Both the position numbers and the translations under genes were made by a program. The notes below the pieces were generated by a model. It saw nothing but the letters and a program-made list of their open reading frames with translations, was not told where the DNA came from and did not search any database. A DNA stretch of 64,000 nt, from contig JBBRLI010000004.1 of the NCBI GenBank assembly GCA_038231455.1, positions 1 through 64,000 on the forward strand, given 5' to 3'. Position 1 is the stretch's first letter. Each line of letters starts with the position of its first letter. Source of the stretch: Vulcanimicrobiales bacterium. GTDB lineage: Bacteria; Vulcanimicrobiota; Vulcanimicrobiia; Vulcanimicrobiales; Vulcanimicrobiaceae. Below, in pieces: positions 52,071-63,401 of this stretch.

Positions 52071-53939
52071 TTGTCCAATTCCGCCCGTCTTGCGGCCCTA
52101 TGCGCCGCCTGCGTGACGCTTGGAGCGATCGCTCCGGCGAGCGCTCCCGCGCAAACCGCCGCAGCAACTCCGCACAACGTGATTCTCTTCGTTCCCGACG
52201 GTCTGCGCGAAAAAATGGTCGACCGCACGAATGCACCGGCGATGGATGCGTTGCAGCGAGCCGGAGTGACGTTTGCAAATAGTCACTCGATTTTCCCGAC
52301 GTTCACAACGGCGAACGCAGCGTCGATGGCGACCGGTCACTATCTCGGCGACACGGGCGATTTCAGCAACACGATCTATTCGGGAAAGGCGATCAAAGAC
52401 GGCCGCGTGAGTTCGCTTGCGGATTCGACGATTGCCGAGCAATCGGTCACGCCGTTTCTCGAGAACGACGAAGTTCTCGGCGATATCAACGACAAGTACA
52501 ACGGAAACTATCTCGATGAGATGACCGTGATTGCGGCCGCGCGTGCGGCGGGCTACAGCACGGCGAGTGTCGGCAAAGTTGGCCCCGTGCTGATCGCCGA
52601 TCCGACCGCGCGCGATGGCAAATCGACGATCGTCGTCGATGATTCCACCGGCTCGCCGGTCGGCATTCCGCTCGCCGATCCGGTTCGCGCCGCGATGCTC
52701 GTTGCCGGGCTGCCGCTTGCGCCACCAACACGCGGCGCGAATGGCGATGCGGGAACGTTTCTCTTGCCCGGGACGCTTGTGGCGAACACCTACCAGCAAG
52801 AGTACTTCGTGCACGCCGCGACCGACGTGATTTTACCCGCATTCAAATCGCGCAACAAACCGTTTGTGATGATGTTCTGGTCGCGCGATCCCGACGGCAC
52901 GCAGCACAATCAAGGCGATAGCCCGGACAACGTCGTCCCCGGCATCAACGGACCGACGTCGCTTGCTGCAATCAAAAATGCGGATAACGATCTGGCAGCG
53001 CTACGTGCAGCGCTCGACAAGTTGGGCCTGAGCGCAACGACCGACATCATCGTTGCTGCCGACCACGGCTTCTCGACGATTTCCAAACAGAGCAAAACTT
53101 CGAGCACGATCGGGATGACGTTCCCGACCTCAGCCAAAGGCGAGTTGCCGAGCGGGTTCCTTGCAATCGATCTTGCAAAGGCCCTCGGCGAACGCCTGAT
53201 GGATCCCGATCGCGAAGAAGGCCTCACGGTCAACTACGCAAGCGGCGAACTCCCCAACCGCGGCAACGGACTCATCGGCGCGACGCGTTCCGAGCCGCAC
53301 GTGATCGTCGCCGCCAATGGCGGCAGCGATCTTGTGTATTTCGCGCCGGGTTTCGAATCGTATGCCAAGCGCGTCGTCGAAACGCTGCTCGCGCAAGATT
53401 ACGTGAGCGGCCTCTTCGTTGACGAACGTCTCGGCTCGTTCCCTGGCACGCTTGCGGTGAGCGATATCAATTTCACCGGCGCATCACCGCTTCCGCGTCC
53501 CGGTATCGTCGTCAATTTCCGTTCGTTTACCACCGGCTGCTCGATTCCGACCAACTGCACGGCGGAAGTCGCCGATAGCGGACTTCAGCAGGGCCAAGGG
53601 ATGCACGGCAGCTTCAGCCGCGCCGATACGCTCAACTTTATGGCAGCCATCGGTCCCGATTTCAAAACCGGCTTCATCGATCGGGCGCCCGTGAGCAATG
53701 CGGATGTCGGCATGACGATGGCACGTATCCTCGGCCTGCAAATCCCAAGCGTCGGTACGCTTGTCGGACGTTCGATGAACGAAGCGCTCCGCGGCGGTGC
53801 GATGCCCGCATTCACGCGCGACGTCAAATCATCGACGCCCGGACCCAGCGGTCAGGTGACCAAACTCAACGTGCAAATTGTCGGCACGACGCGCTACTTC
53901 GACGCGGCGGGTTTCGCCGGTCAAACCGTCGGCCTCTAA
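52071..53939 (+). CDS. Alkaline phosphatase / nucleotide pyrophosphatase-phosphodiesterase family
   Basis: GGAGG RBS with TTG start; FVPDGLR, FPTFTTAN, DPDGTQH, ADHGFS, GMHGS. Confidence 0.9.
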   Translation: MSNSARLAALCAACVTLGAIAPASAPAQTAAATPHNVILFVPDGLREKMVDRTNAPAMDALQRAGVTFANSHSIFPTFTTANAASMATGHYLGDTGDFSNTIYSGKAIKDGRVSSLADSTIAEQSVTPFLENDEVLGDINDKYNGNYLDEMTVIAAARAAGYSTASVGKVGPVLIADPTARDGKSTIVVDDSTGSPVGIPLADPVRAAMLVAGLPLAPPTRGANGDAGTFLLPGTLVANTYQQEYFVHAATDVILPAFKSRNKPFVMMFWSRDPDGTQHNQGDSPDNVVPGINGPTSLAAIKNADNDLAALRAALDKLGLSATTDIIVAADHGFSTISKQSKTSSTIGMTFPTSAKGELPSGFLAIDLAKALGERLMDPDREEGLTVNYASGELPNRGNGLIGATRSEPHVIVAANGGSDLVYFAPGFESYAKRVVETLLAQDYVSGLFVDERLGSFPGTLAVSDINFTGASPLPRPGIVVNFRSFTTGCSIPTNCTAEVADSGLQQGQGMHGSFSRADTLNFMAAIGPDFKTGFIDRAPVSNADVGMTMARILGLQIPSVGTLVGRSMNEALRGGAMPAFTRDVKSSTPGPSGQVTKLNVQIVGTTRYFDAAGFAGQTVGL

Positions 53940-53955
53940 CCGAACGACGCTCACG

Positions 53956-53990
53956 AAAAGCCGTCGCCCGTTTCGAGCGGCGGTTTTTTT
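53956..53990. terminator. Bidirectional intrinsic terminator
   Basis: AAAA-GCCGTCGC...GCGGCGGT-T run, between convergent genes. Confidence 0.75.
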
Positions 53991-55839
53991 ATACCTGAAC
54001 GGCGTGCTTGGCGAGATGCAGCGTCACGGCGCGATGCGCGAGGGCCATAATCGTGAGCATCGGGTTCACGCCCGATGCGAGCGGAAAGACCGATGAATCG
54101 GTGACCATGAGACCTTCGATTCCGTGGACGTGTCCGAACGGATCGGTAACGCCGCGCGTCGGGTGGGCGTTCATCCGCGCCGTTCCCATTTGGTGCGCGG
54201 AGAAGACGGCAAGTCGATTCGCTTGCGTGCCGCGCTCCGCGATGGCACGGAAGAACGTCGTGCGCTCGTCTTCGCTTGCCTCGCGCCGAAGTTCGAGCGG
54301 GTCGGCATGTAAGGTCGCGACGCGTTCTGCCCCGGCGGCAAAAGCCAGCGTCGCGCAACCGATCAGCGCTTGGATCATGCGTTCGCCATCATCTGCGGCG
54401 ACGGCATAGTGGATCTCGTTGCGATCGTCGAGGCCGATCGTCCCTTCACCGCGATCGCGCGTGAGCACGATGAGGAGCGCGTTCTTCCGTGCGCCATGCA
54501 TGTCCGCGGCGTGACGCGCTTGGCTGCGCCAAGGAAGGGCGAGCGCCATCAGGCCGGGATGCGCGGGCGCCGCTTCGATCGTTGCACCGTAACCGTCATC
54601 GATGGAGCTGAATCGGTCGCAGAGTGCCGTTTGCATCGCTCCGTTCCACGCGTCGACGGGTTCAGCGAATTCAGCGACGAGGGCCGTCGTTGGATGCAGA
54701 TGCAAATGACGGCCGAGGTGCGATGATTTTACGCCGCTGCGCGCAAGAATTCCGGGCGTACGCAACGCCCCGCCGGCGATGATGACGAGCGGCGCTTCGA
54801 TCGTGAGATCGCCCGCTTCCACGGCCGTGACGCGGTTGTGGTCGATCCGCACGCGATCGACCGTGGTGTCGGCGTAAAGCGTCGCGCCTGCTTCTATGGC
54901 ATCGGCGAGATACGTTTGCGTCGTCGATTGTTTTCGGCCGTACGCGCAGCCGAAACCGCAGTAGCCGCAGCCTTCACCGCATCCGCTCGCGTTGCGTGGA
55001 ATCGCCTTCGATTCCCAGCCGAGCACGCGTGCACCCTCGACGATTGCCGCGTTGTTGCGATTGTGCTCGTGCGATTGCGCGACGCCGAGTCGCGCTTCGA
55101 CGGATGCGTATGAGGCTTGCAGTTCGTCTGCCATCGCCGGATAGCCGATGGCCTCGGCCCACTGCTGTGCGACGTGCGGCGTAAGGCGCAGCGACGTGCA
55201 CCAGTTCACCGTCGTCCCGCCGCCGACGCACGCACCGGCCAGAATCGAGACCGCGAGATCCTCGGTTGCGGTTAGCCCCGCATCGAGATACAAATCGGCA
55301 AACGACCGCGCTTCGCTCTGCAACGCCGCCGTCGTATTGGCAACCGGTCCCGCCTCAAGAATAACCGTGCGCAAACCGGCGCGCGCGAGGAGCGCCGCGG
55401 CCACACCACCGCCGGCCCCCGATCCGACGACGACGGCATCGGCGTGAATCGTTCCGCGAACGGTGCTTGTGGGAGGCGGGATGATAGGACTTACGCGTCG
55501 ATCCTCGCGTGGACCGGGGTAGCCGATCGTCGGCCAAAGCGGATTCGTTCCCGCTTCATCGGTTGCGGCATAGGCGGCGAAGAGCGCGAGCCGTTTGAAC
55601 GCTTGAAAACCCGTGCGCAAATCGGAGATCGACGAATCGCAAAGCGCACGCAGTGCCGCCTCGCGCGCCGGTCGCGGGAGTGCCATCAGCGGCGCGATGA
55701 GTCGCGCGAAGAACTGTAACTTCGATCGGCGATGAGGCGCGAGCCGCGCGAACGCCTCTTCCATGAGCTCCGTGCCGCGCGCGACATCGGAACCGCCGGG
55801 CGCAAATGTGGCTACTATTGCTGCGAGCGTGCGCGTCAT
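53989..55839 (-). CDS. GMC oxidoreductase (long-chain alcohol oxidase-like)
   Basis: GSGAGGG, GGGTTVNW, C.GCG.C.FGC, LHLHP, SAHQMGT, SGVNPMLTI. Confidence 0.92.
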   Translation of the reverse strand: MTRTLAAIVATFAPGGSDVARGTELMEEAFARLAPHRRSKLQFFARLIAPLMALPRPAREAALRALCDSSISDLRTGFQAFKRLALFAAYAATDEAGTNPLWPTIGYPGPREDRRVSPIIPPPTSTVRGTIHADAVVVGSGAGGGVAAALLARAGLRTVILEAGPVANTTAALQSEARSFADLYLDAGLTATEDLAVSILAGACVGGGTTVNWCTSLRLTPHVAQQWAEAIGYPAMADELQASYASVEARLGVAQSHEHNRNNAAIVEGARVLGWESKAIPRNASGCGEGCGYCGFGCAYGRKQSTTQTYLADAIEAGATLYADTTVDRVRIDHNRVTAVEAGDLTIEAPLVIIAGGALRTPGILARSGVKSSHLGRHLHLHPTTALVAEFAEPVDAWNGAMQTALCDRFSSIDDGYGATIEAAPAHPGLMALALPWRSQARHAADMHGARKNALLIVLTRDRGEGTIGLDDRNEIHYAVAADDGERMIQALIGCATLAFAAGAERVATLHADPLELRREASEDERTTFFRAIAERGTQANRLAVFSAHQMGTARMNAHPTRGVTDPFGHVHGIEGLMVTDSSVFPLASGVNPMLTIMALAHRAVTLHLAKHAVQV

Positions 55840-55920
55840 CGCGGGACGAATTCGGGCTGACGATTGACGACACCCCGTTGTGCTCTAGGTGGTTCTCCCC
55901 ATTTTAGCGAAATGTGGCCG

Positions 55921-58900
55921 ATGAAACGGTATCGGGTTTCCGCTCTCATTCGCGCGTCGCAAGTGATTGTCGCGCTGCTCGTCCTGGTGTGTGTGCGCGG
56001 AAGCGCAACGGGTCGAGCGACGGTTTACGTTGGGTCAAGCGCCACGTTTTTGCCGGGCACACCGGTGGCGGCGGAGTTGTACGGTTCGCAAGACTCCGAG
56101 CCCGTCGACGTGGAAGTGACGGCGACGCGAATCGACGCGGTGACCGCCGTACGTGTGCTTGAAAGCAGAAGTGCGTCAGAAGATGCGTTCAGTTCGAAGC
56201 ACCCGCTGCGACGATTGCGGATTCGCATACAGCCCGGCTATTACCGCCGCAACACCGTGCCGCTCGGTGAGCTGCCGATCGGACTGTACGGAATTCGCTT
56301 CGTCTCGCCCCGTTATATCGCGCTGCAAGTTATCAATGTAACGACACTCGGCATCCTGAGTACGGGACGCACGAGCTCGATCTATGCCGTAACGATCGAT
56401 CTGCAGCACGTTCAAACATCGCAGCGACGCAAGCGTAAGGACTGCCGCTGGACCGGACTTTGAGACCCTCCAGTCGGTCGATGCCTTGGGTAGCGCGGTC
56501 CTTCCCATTCCTCGCGACGAACGACACCGATTTATCGTAGCACGTGCGGCTGATGGTTCAACCGCAATCGCAGAAGGTACCCGGTATGGAGCGTCGGCGG
56601 AGAATGCAGAAACGAGCTACGTTCAAACGGATCGGCCGATCTATCATCCCGGCGATGTCGTGAATTTCCGTGCGATCGTTCGCGGTGGCGAAGCCCCGCA
56701 CTACACCGTGCCGACCGGGGATCGTTCGATCGCCTTGATTGGGCCGAATGGATCGAGGCTGACCGTAAAACACGCCGCCTTCGATGCGTTCGGTACGCTT
56801 GCAGCGGACTTTGTTTTGCCTGCAGATGCATCGCTTGGCGACTACCGCATCTCAACCCACGACGAGTCGTACAGTCAAAGCGGTCATTTCGCGGTCCAGG
56901 CGTACAAGAAGCCGGAGTATCTCCTGCGTGTCGCTCCGAAAAGCAAGTACGTTCTCAGCGGGCAAACCGCACATCTGCACGTCCAGGCGCGCTATTTTTT
57001 CGGAAAGGCCGCGGTTGGAATGACCGTGCATTACACCGCGTCCTTTCCGATATGGTATTGGTATCGACGCTACAATTCGGGCCTGCGATTCGATGGCAAC
57101 GGCCTCGACGAGAGCGCCAGTCGGCTAGCGGATATCGAGGGAACCCTCAAAACCAACGCTGAGGGCAACGTCGACATCGCCATACCGAGCGTTCACCGTA
57201 ATGACGAACGTCTTGTCCAGATCGCAATCGACGCGCGCGACGATTCTTTCCGAACGGTCACCACAAACGAAACGCTGATTTTGGTACCGGCCTCGTTCTT
57301 CGTGAGCATCGAGAATCATCAGTGGTATTCATCCCTTGGTACGCCGCTCGTCTTCACGCTCCGGGCAACCGGCTATGACCGCGGACCGCGACCCGGTACG
57401 GCGATCGATATCACCGTGCGACGGCGCGAAGCGAATCGCGAGCAAACGATCGTCGCACGGGAGCACGTCGTCACGGAGCGTGACGGATCGCGTGCGTATT
57501 CATGGACGCCCGATTCTCCCGGTTTTTACACGATCGACGCTCGCTCGACCGATGCAGCCGGTAATGCGGTCACGACCTCCACCAGTGCCTGGGTGGGCGA
57601 GAGCGGGTATGCATTTCCGTACCGGTTCGAACAACTCAGCGTTATCCCGCAGCGCGAGGCGACGGCTCCCGGTGAAAACGCCGGGGTTCTCGTCACCTCA
57701 CCGCACGGAGACACGGACGCGATCGTCGATATTCTTGCGCCAGGCTACGAGCACACGTACGTGGTTCACTTGGACGGCGTCGTCTCGACGCTTGCGATCA
57801 CCCCGCCGCCAGACGCGGCGAAATTCGATGTCTCCGTCGTCGTCCCGTCGGCACAGGGGGTGACGGTGGGACGGGCGACCCTCCGCGTCAAGCCCGATCC
57901 GCGAAGGCTCAGCGTCAGTGTCACCTCTGAACGTTCGACGTATCAGCCTGGCGATCGCGCGCGTTTCCACATCGAGGTTCGCGATTCAAGTGGCCGCCCC
58001 GCTCGCGCGCAGGTCGCACTCGCCGTCGTCGACGATGCGATCTTTGCACTTACGGGGAGCGACAGCCTCGATCCATACAACCATTTTTACACCAACGCCA
58101 ACGTGTATCACACGGAGAATGCATCGTGGCGTGGGCTCAATTCACCGGAAGGAACGTACCTCGCCGGTGCGCTTCGGACGATCGGACGCATAACGTCGCG
58201 CCAGAACGGTTTCTCGCCGTCATCGACAGCCGATGCGTACTCGGTGGGTTCCGCAAGTGGCGCTGCGCCCGACTTCAGCCAGCTTCGGTCGGATTTCCGT
58301 GATACGGCGTACTGGACGCCGTCCGTCGTAACAAGCGACAAAGGCAGCGCTGAGGTCACCTTCACGTGGCCGGATTCGCTGACGTCCTATTCGGCATCCG
58401 GGATCGCGCTGACGACCGCTACGGACATTGGGTCGGGCGTGGGGCACGCACTGGTGACGAAAGACTTTCTCATCCGCCTTTCTTCACCGCGTTTTTTGCG
58501 AACCGGCGATGAGTCGCGACTCACGGCGATTGCGCAAGGTCCACGCACGGCGACGAGCGCGCGCCTCCGGCTTTCCGCGCCAAGTATCGGACCGGCCGAT
58601 GTCTCAAAGACGGTCGCTTTTAATCGCGCGGCTTCCGCCACGACGCATTGGGACGTCTCCGGTCGCGCGATCGGAACCGCGACGCTGCGCCTCGCTGGAA
58701 CGAGCGGATCGCTGCGCGATGGATTACTCACAACGATGCCGATCGAGTCGGCCGGCATCGCGCAGCACATTCGCGACGCGGGCGCGCTCCCGTTATCGAA
58801 CAGCTCGGCCTTCAACCTTCCGCGCGGTGCGGACGCCGGTAACGTGCGGGTCGATATCTCGCCGAGCTACGTTGGCCAGCTCATCGCGGACGCGCATTTA

Positions 58901-60364
58901 CTCGATGTCTATCCCTACTCGTGCGTCGAGCAAACGATGTCATCGGCGTTGCCGGCAATTTACGTGGAACGGCTGCTCCAACAAACCAAACTCAAAGAAA
59001 AATCAACGCTCGATCCCGCGCCGATCGCGCGTCGCGCGATCGAACGGTTGACAAAACTTCAGCACGCCGACGGATCGTGGGGCTGGTGGGAGCACGATGG
59101 GGCCAATCCGTTCATGACCGCATATGCGCTTTACGGTCTCTCCGAACTGCGCCACGACGGTCACGAAGTCCAGCAGTCGACGATCGATCGCGGCGTGCAA
59201 AGTATCCGAGAACAGCTGGGTCAAAACCATTCCGACACACTTGCATTCTATGGGGGAACGCAGCCGAACTCCGCGTGGAACACGCGCGCATATATGCTCT
59301 TTGCGCTTGCGGATGCAAACCCGACGGCGGTCGACCGCACGATCTTGGCTGAGGCCGATGCCCATGTCGCCGACCTCAACAGTTACGCGCTTGCCACACT
59401 CGGTCTCGCGCACGTGTCGATCCACGATCGCGACGGCGCGTTACCACTGCTGCGTGAAATCCAACGCCGCAAGACGGATGACGGTCACCTCGCCTTTTGG
59501 CGCGGCCAGGGTTGGCACTACCGGTGGGAAGACGATCCCATCGAGACGACCGCGTATGCTCTGCGATTCGTCCATGCGATGACACCCGATGACGCAAGTC
59601 TCCAACACGGGATCGCGTGGCTGCGTACGCAGCAACACGGTTCGTGGTTTTATACGACGAAAGACACCGCCGCGGCGATCTTCGCGATGGTCGAAGTCGG
59701 TACGACGGCACCCGACGAGTTCGATCCGCATGAAACGGTGCGTGTCATGATCGGCGATCGCACGATCAAGACACTGCGCATCGATAGTCCGATCGTCGGG
59801 GCGAGCGAGTCCTCGTTCACCATTCCGGCGACCGAACTTACCAGCGGCGCCACACTCCGTTTCGAACGTGAGGGTCGCGGTGCACTGTATTGGTCAACGG
59901 ATTGGACGACGTATGCGCGAGATCAACGTCGCGTTGCCGATGTTGACGATGCAGCACTTCGGCTCCTCGACGGCGATACGAATGCGCCGTTTACGGTCAC
60001 CCGTCGCTACGCGCATGGCCGGGACAATGCGTGGAAGACCGGCGATCTGGTCGATGTCGATCTCATCGTCACCGCGCAATCCGATCGTCAGTTCGTCTCG
60101 ATCGAGGATCCGTTTCCCGCTGGGTTCGAATATCAACCGGCGCAGCATGAAGCCGGCCGCGACTCGTGGAGCGGATTGCAATTCTTCGACGATCGGCTCG
60201 TCTTCTTCGCGACGAGTATTTCATCGCACTATCCGATGCATCTTCACTATCAGCTCCGGGCGACCACACCCGGCACGTATACCGCCGCAGCGCCGACAGT
60301 CACGGCAATGTACGGGCCGCCCGTAACCGCCGCCGGGCACCGTGACCGCGTTATCGTGCGATGA
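55921..60364 (+). CDS. Alpha-2-macroglobulin family protein, split by an apparent +1 frameshift near 56404
   Basis: TDRPIYHPG, YKKPEY, LAVVDDAI, RSDFRDTAYW, PDSLT, PRFLR.GD, YPYSCVEQ, DGSWGWW. The upstream ORF supplies a signal peptide. Confidence 0.88.
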
Positions 60365-60368
60365 GGAC

Positions 60369-62423
60369 CTAGGCGCGGCCGCCGGTTACGGCATAAAGTT
60401 TGACGTGATCGCTTGCTGCACCAAGAGCCGACGGGTCGAGCTCTTCCATTGATTTGCCGACATCCCCGACGTTGAAGGCGGCCATGACGTCGTTGAGCTC
60501 GCGGGCGCGGCTAGAGAGCTCTTGAACGCGCACGTCGATCGTGCGAACTTCGTCGCGCAATTGACTCGAGGCGGTTGACACGCGGCCCGCCGCGTGCGAC
60601 TGCGTCTCGGCAAGGGACTCGATCGGTGCGATCGCATCGAGGACGGACTGCGTTGTCTGCTGCATCGACGAGGCCGCGGCTGCGTTCTCTTCGACGACTG
60701 CCGAGACGCTCGACACATTGTCGGTCAGGCGGCGGCTTGCCTCGGCCATCGTCGCGCTTTGCTCGCGCATCGCAGCCGCCGTGGACGATGTCTGCTGGAT
60801 CGCTAATTCAACGGATTCGATCGCGACGCGAGCGCGTTCGGCGACGCGCAATCCCTCGTCGATTGCCGTGGCCGACGAGCGCATTTGTTCGGCAACGCCG
60901 ATCGTCTCTTTTTGAATCGCCGAGAGAATCGCGCCGATTTCTTTGGTCGATTGTCCGGACCGGATTGCAAGCTTGCGGACTTCATCGGCAACGACAGCGA
61001 AACCGCGACCGTGCTCGCCCGCCCGCGCCGCTTCGATCGCGGCGTTGAGCGCGAGGAGGTTCGATTGATCGGCGATCTCGTCAATGGCGTTAACGATCTC
61101 TTCGATTGCGACGGAGCGTTCGATGAGCGCCGACATCGTCTTTGCACTCGCCGCCGCCGAGACGTGTAAACGCGACATCGTCTCCGCCGTCACCTGGACC
61201 GCGTCGCGACCGGATCGCGTTTCGCCGCTGGCGTTCAGTGCGGCCGCAGCCAGCTCGTCTCCGATCGTTGCAAGGCGTGCAATCTCGTCGTTAAGCGCCG
61301 TAACTTCGGTTACCGTTGCGGCAAGCGCGACCGCTTGGTGTCCGGCACCCATCGCGATTTCCGCCGACATCGACGAGAGCGAGCTCACCGCCGTATTGGC
61401 GTCGGCGACAAGTTGTGCTTGATCCTGCGCATCGGTTGCAAGCGCGACGATCGCTTGAGCGATTTCCTCGACGGCAAGCGTCGCCTCGGAGGTAATGCCG
61501 CTCACGGACGAACTTGCTTCGAGTTGCTGGAGGGCGACTGTTTTCGTCCCGGAGATCACTTCACGCAAGATTGCGACCGTTGCATAATAGCGTTCGATCA
61601 GAACACGGAGGCCCTCGGCCAGTTCGTTATAGCTGCGTGAAAGATCGCCGACTTCATCCTGTCGGTGGTCGGCAATCGTCGTGATTTGGGCATCAATGTG
61701 CGCCGTCAGATCGCCAACAGCAAGCCGGTCGAACGCCTCGGAGATCGCGGGAAAGTCGTTGCGGACCACCTCGCCCAGGGCGACTTGCACGCGTGCGATA
61801 CGTGCGGCAATCCGACGGCCGAGGACGAGTGCCGTCAAGACGACGACAATGACCGCGACGATGCCGAGGCCAATCATCGTGCCGACCGCGATCACACGGG
61901 CGCGCGCTCCGTCTGCTGCAGAGGTTGCCAAGAATGCGTCGGTCTCGACGCGGAGCTTCTTATCGGTATCGCGGTACGTGTCGACGAGTGCTTTGCCATC
62001 GCCGATGTGCGCGAGCGCCATGGCGCGCTGCTTCTTATCGATGAGTGCAACTTCACCGTCGTAAAATTTCGTGATCGCTGCGATCTGCGTTTTTGCATCC
62101 GCAAACGCACTCGTCAGACGCGCATCGCTCGTCGCATTCGCAACGAGGTCGACGTCTTGGGCCAGCTGCGTCGAGCCACGTTCGTACTCATCGACAAAGC
62201 GCGTGTTTCCCGTATCGACGTAAGCGCGCACGCCCGCTTCCAGGTTCACCAACTGAAGCAAGATATCGCGCGAAGCCGCATTGAGCTCGACCCGGTCTGA
62301 GACCGTTTTCGTAATCGCCTGCATCGCGTTCATTTGAACGATAGCGGTCCCGGCCATGACGCCGAAGAGCACGAGCGGAACGACAAAGCCGAGTGCGATG
62401 CGCCACGCGATCGAGACTTTCAC
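60369..62423 (-). CDS. Methyl-accepting chemotaxis protein (CHASE3-like sensor, HAMP)
   Basis: Two TM helices, [48 protein letters not shown]. Confidence 0.96.
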   Translation of the reverse strand: MKVSIAWRIALGFVVPLVLFGVMAGTAIVQMNAMQAITKTVSDRVELNAASRDILLQLVNLEAGVRAYVDTGNTRFVDEYERGSTQLAQDVDLVANATSDARLTSAFADAKTQIAAITKFYDGEVALIDKKQRAMALAHIGDGKALVDTYRDTDKKLRVETDAFLATSAADGARARVIAVGTMIGLGIVAVIVVVLTALVLGRRIAARIARVQVALGEVVRNDFPAISEAFDRLAVGDLTAHIDAQITTIADHRQDEVGDLSRSYNELAEGLRVLIERYYATVAILREVISGTKTVALQQLEASSSVSGITSEATLAVEEIAQAIVALATDAQDQAQLVADANTAVSSLSSMSAEIAMGAGHQAVALAATVTEVTALNDEIARLATIGDELAAAALNASGETRSGRDAVQVTAETMSRLHVSAAASAKTMSALIERSVAIEEIVNAIDEIADQSNLLALNAAIEAARAGEHGRGFAVVADEVRKLAIRSGQSTKEIGAILSAIQKETIGVAEQMRSSATAIDEGLRVAERARVAIESVELAIQQTSSTAAAMREQSATMAEASRRLTDNVSSVSAVVEENAAAASSMQQTTQSVLDAIAPIESLAETQSHAAGRVSTASSQLRDEVRTIDVRVQELSSRARELNDVMAAFNVGDVGKSMEELDPSALGAASDHVKLYAVTGGRA

Positions 62424-62515
62424 TGGTGAACCCCAAAGAAAAAGAGAGAGGTGGGTTCACACCCGCACTCTCCCTACGTATCAACTCAAGCGGCGAATTC
62501 CCGCCGTTTGTCTAT

Positions 62516-63130
62516 TTAGAGTTTGTAAGCTGCTTTGAGATCTTTCATCGCCTGCGTCAGGATGATGTGATAGTCCTGATCGGCGGTGCGGCCGTACTTC
62601 GCATCGATGTCGTCCATGATCTTGGTGTGGATCGGGTGCGACACGAGATTGTCGAGCATGAACTCAACATCGAAGTTGCCGTCTTTGGTCACGCCGGCGG
62701 TGTAGAGAGCGGCCGAGAGGCCTTTACCGTCTTTGGCATCGGCCTGCGGGGCCGGAAGAGCGATCTTCGCTTCGGTGACGATCTTGAGCGCGTCGGCGAC
62801 GACAAAATCAAACGTCTTGACGAACTGGCCGATTTTCTCGGCGCCGTACTTGTCGGTGAGGCTTTTGAGTTCGGCTGCGGTCAGGTCGCCGGCAAGCGAC
62901 TTCACGAGCGTCGTCGTTTCGAACTTGCTGGGGCCGCCACCGGCGACAACCATGGAGACCGTGAGCGGGAGATTCGGCTTGCCGACATAGCTGACGGCAT
63001 CGCTGAAGCGGGCCTTCGGAGCGTCCATCTTCATGCCGCCCATCGCATCAGCGGCGAACGCCGGAAGCGACGAGGCGAGCACGCCCAGACCCAGAAGCGC
63101 GGCGGCCGAAGCCGTGCGGAAATTGAACAC
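62516..63130 (-). CDS. Conserved-looking secreted hypothetical protein
   Basis: AGGAG RBS with GTG start; signal peptide; strong codon bias; VSHPIH..MDDID.KYG..YH. Confidence 0.75.
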   Translation of the reverse strand: MFNFRTASAAALLGLGVLASSLPAFAADAMGGMKMDAPKARFSDAVSYVGKPNLPLTVSMVVAGGGPSKFETTTLVKSLAGDLTAAELKSLTDKYGAEKIGQFVKTFDFVVADALKIVTEAKIALPAPQADAKDGKGLSAALYTAGVTKDGNFDVEFMLDNLVSHPIHTKIMDDIDAKYGRTADQDYHIILTQAMKDLKAAYKL

Positions 63131-63401
63131 GAGGGACTCCTTCATAGTGGGGGAGTGGTGGCCCGGCGGTGCCGATGCCCGCTCAATAGACGACGGCCCC
63201 ACGCCTTTGGATGCTCTCCTCGAAAAAATTTCGCAAATCGATCGTCGGTAACATGGGCATTAACAGGGGAGCACGGCTTCGGCTGAAAATTGTTTTCATG
63301 AAACTCGGTTGTCGATTCTTGCCGTTTTCAGTCGGGAACGGCCTTTCCAGCTGACCGTTGGATGCTGCGCGTCGCGCGTACTACTTTGAAGGAGTCCGTT
63401 A

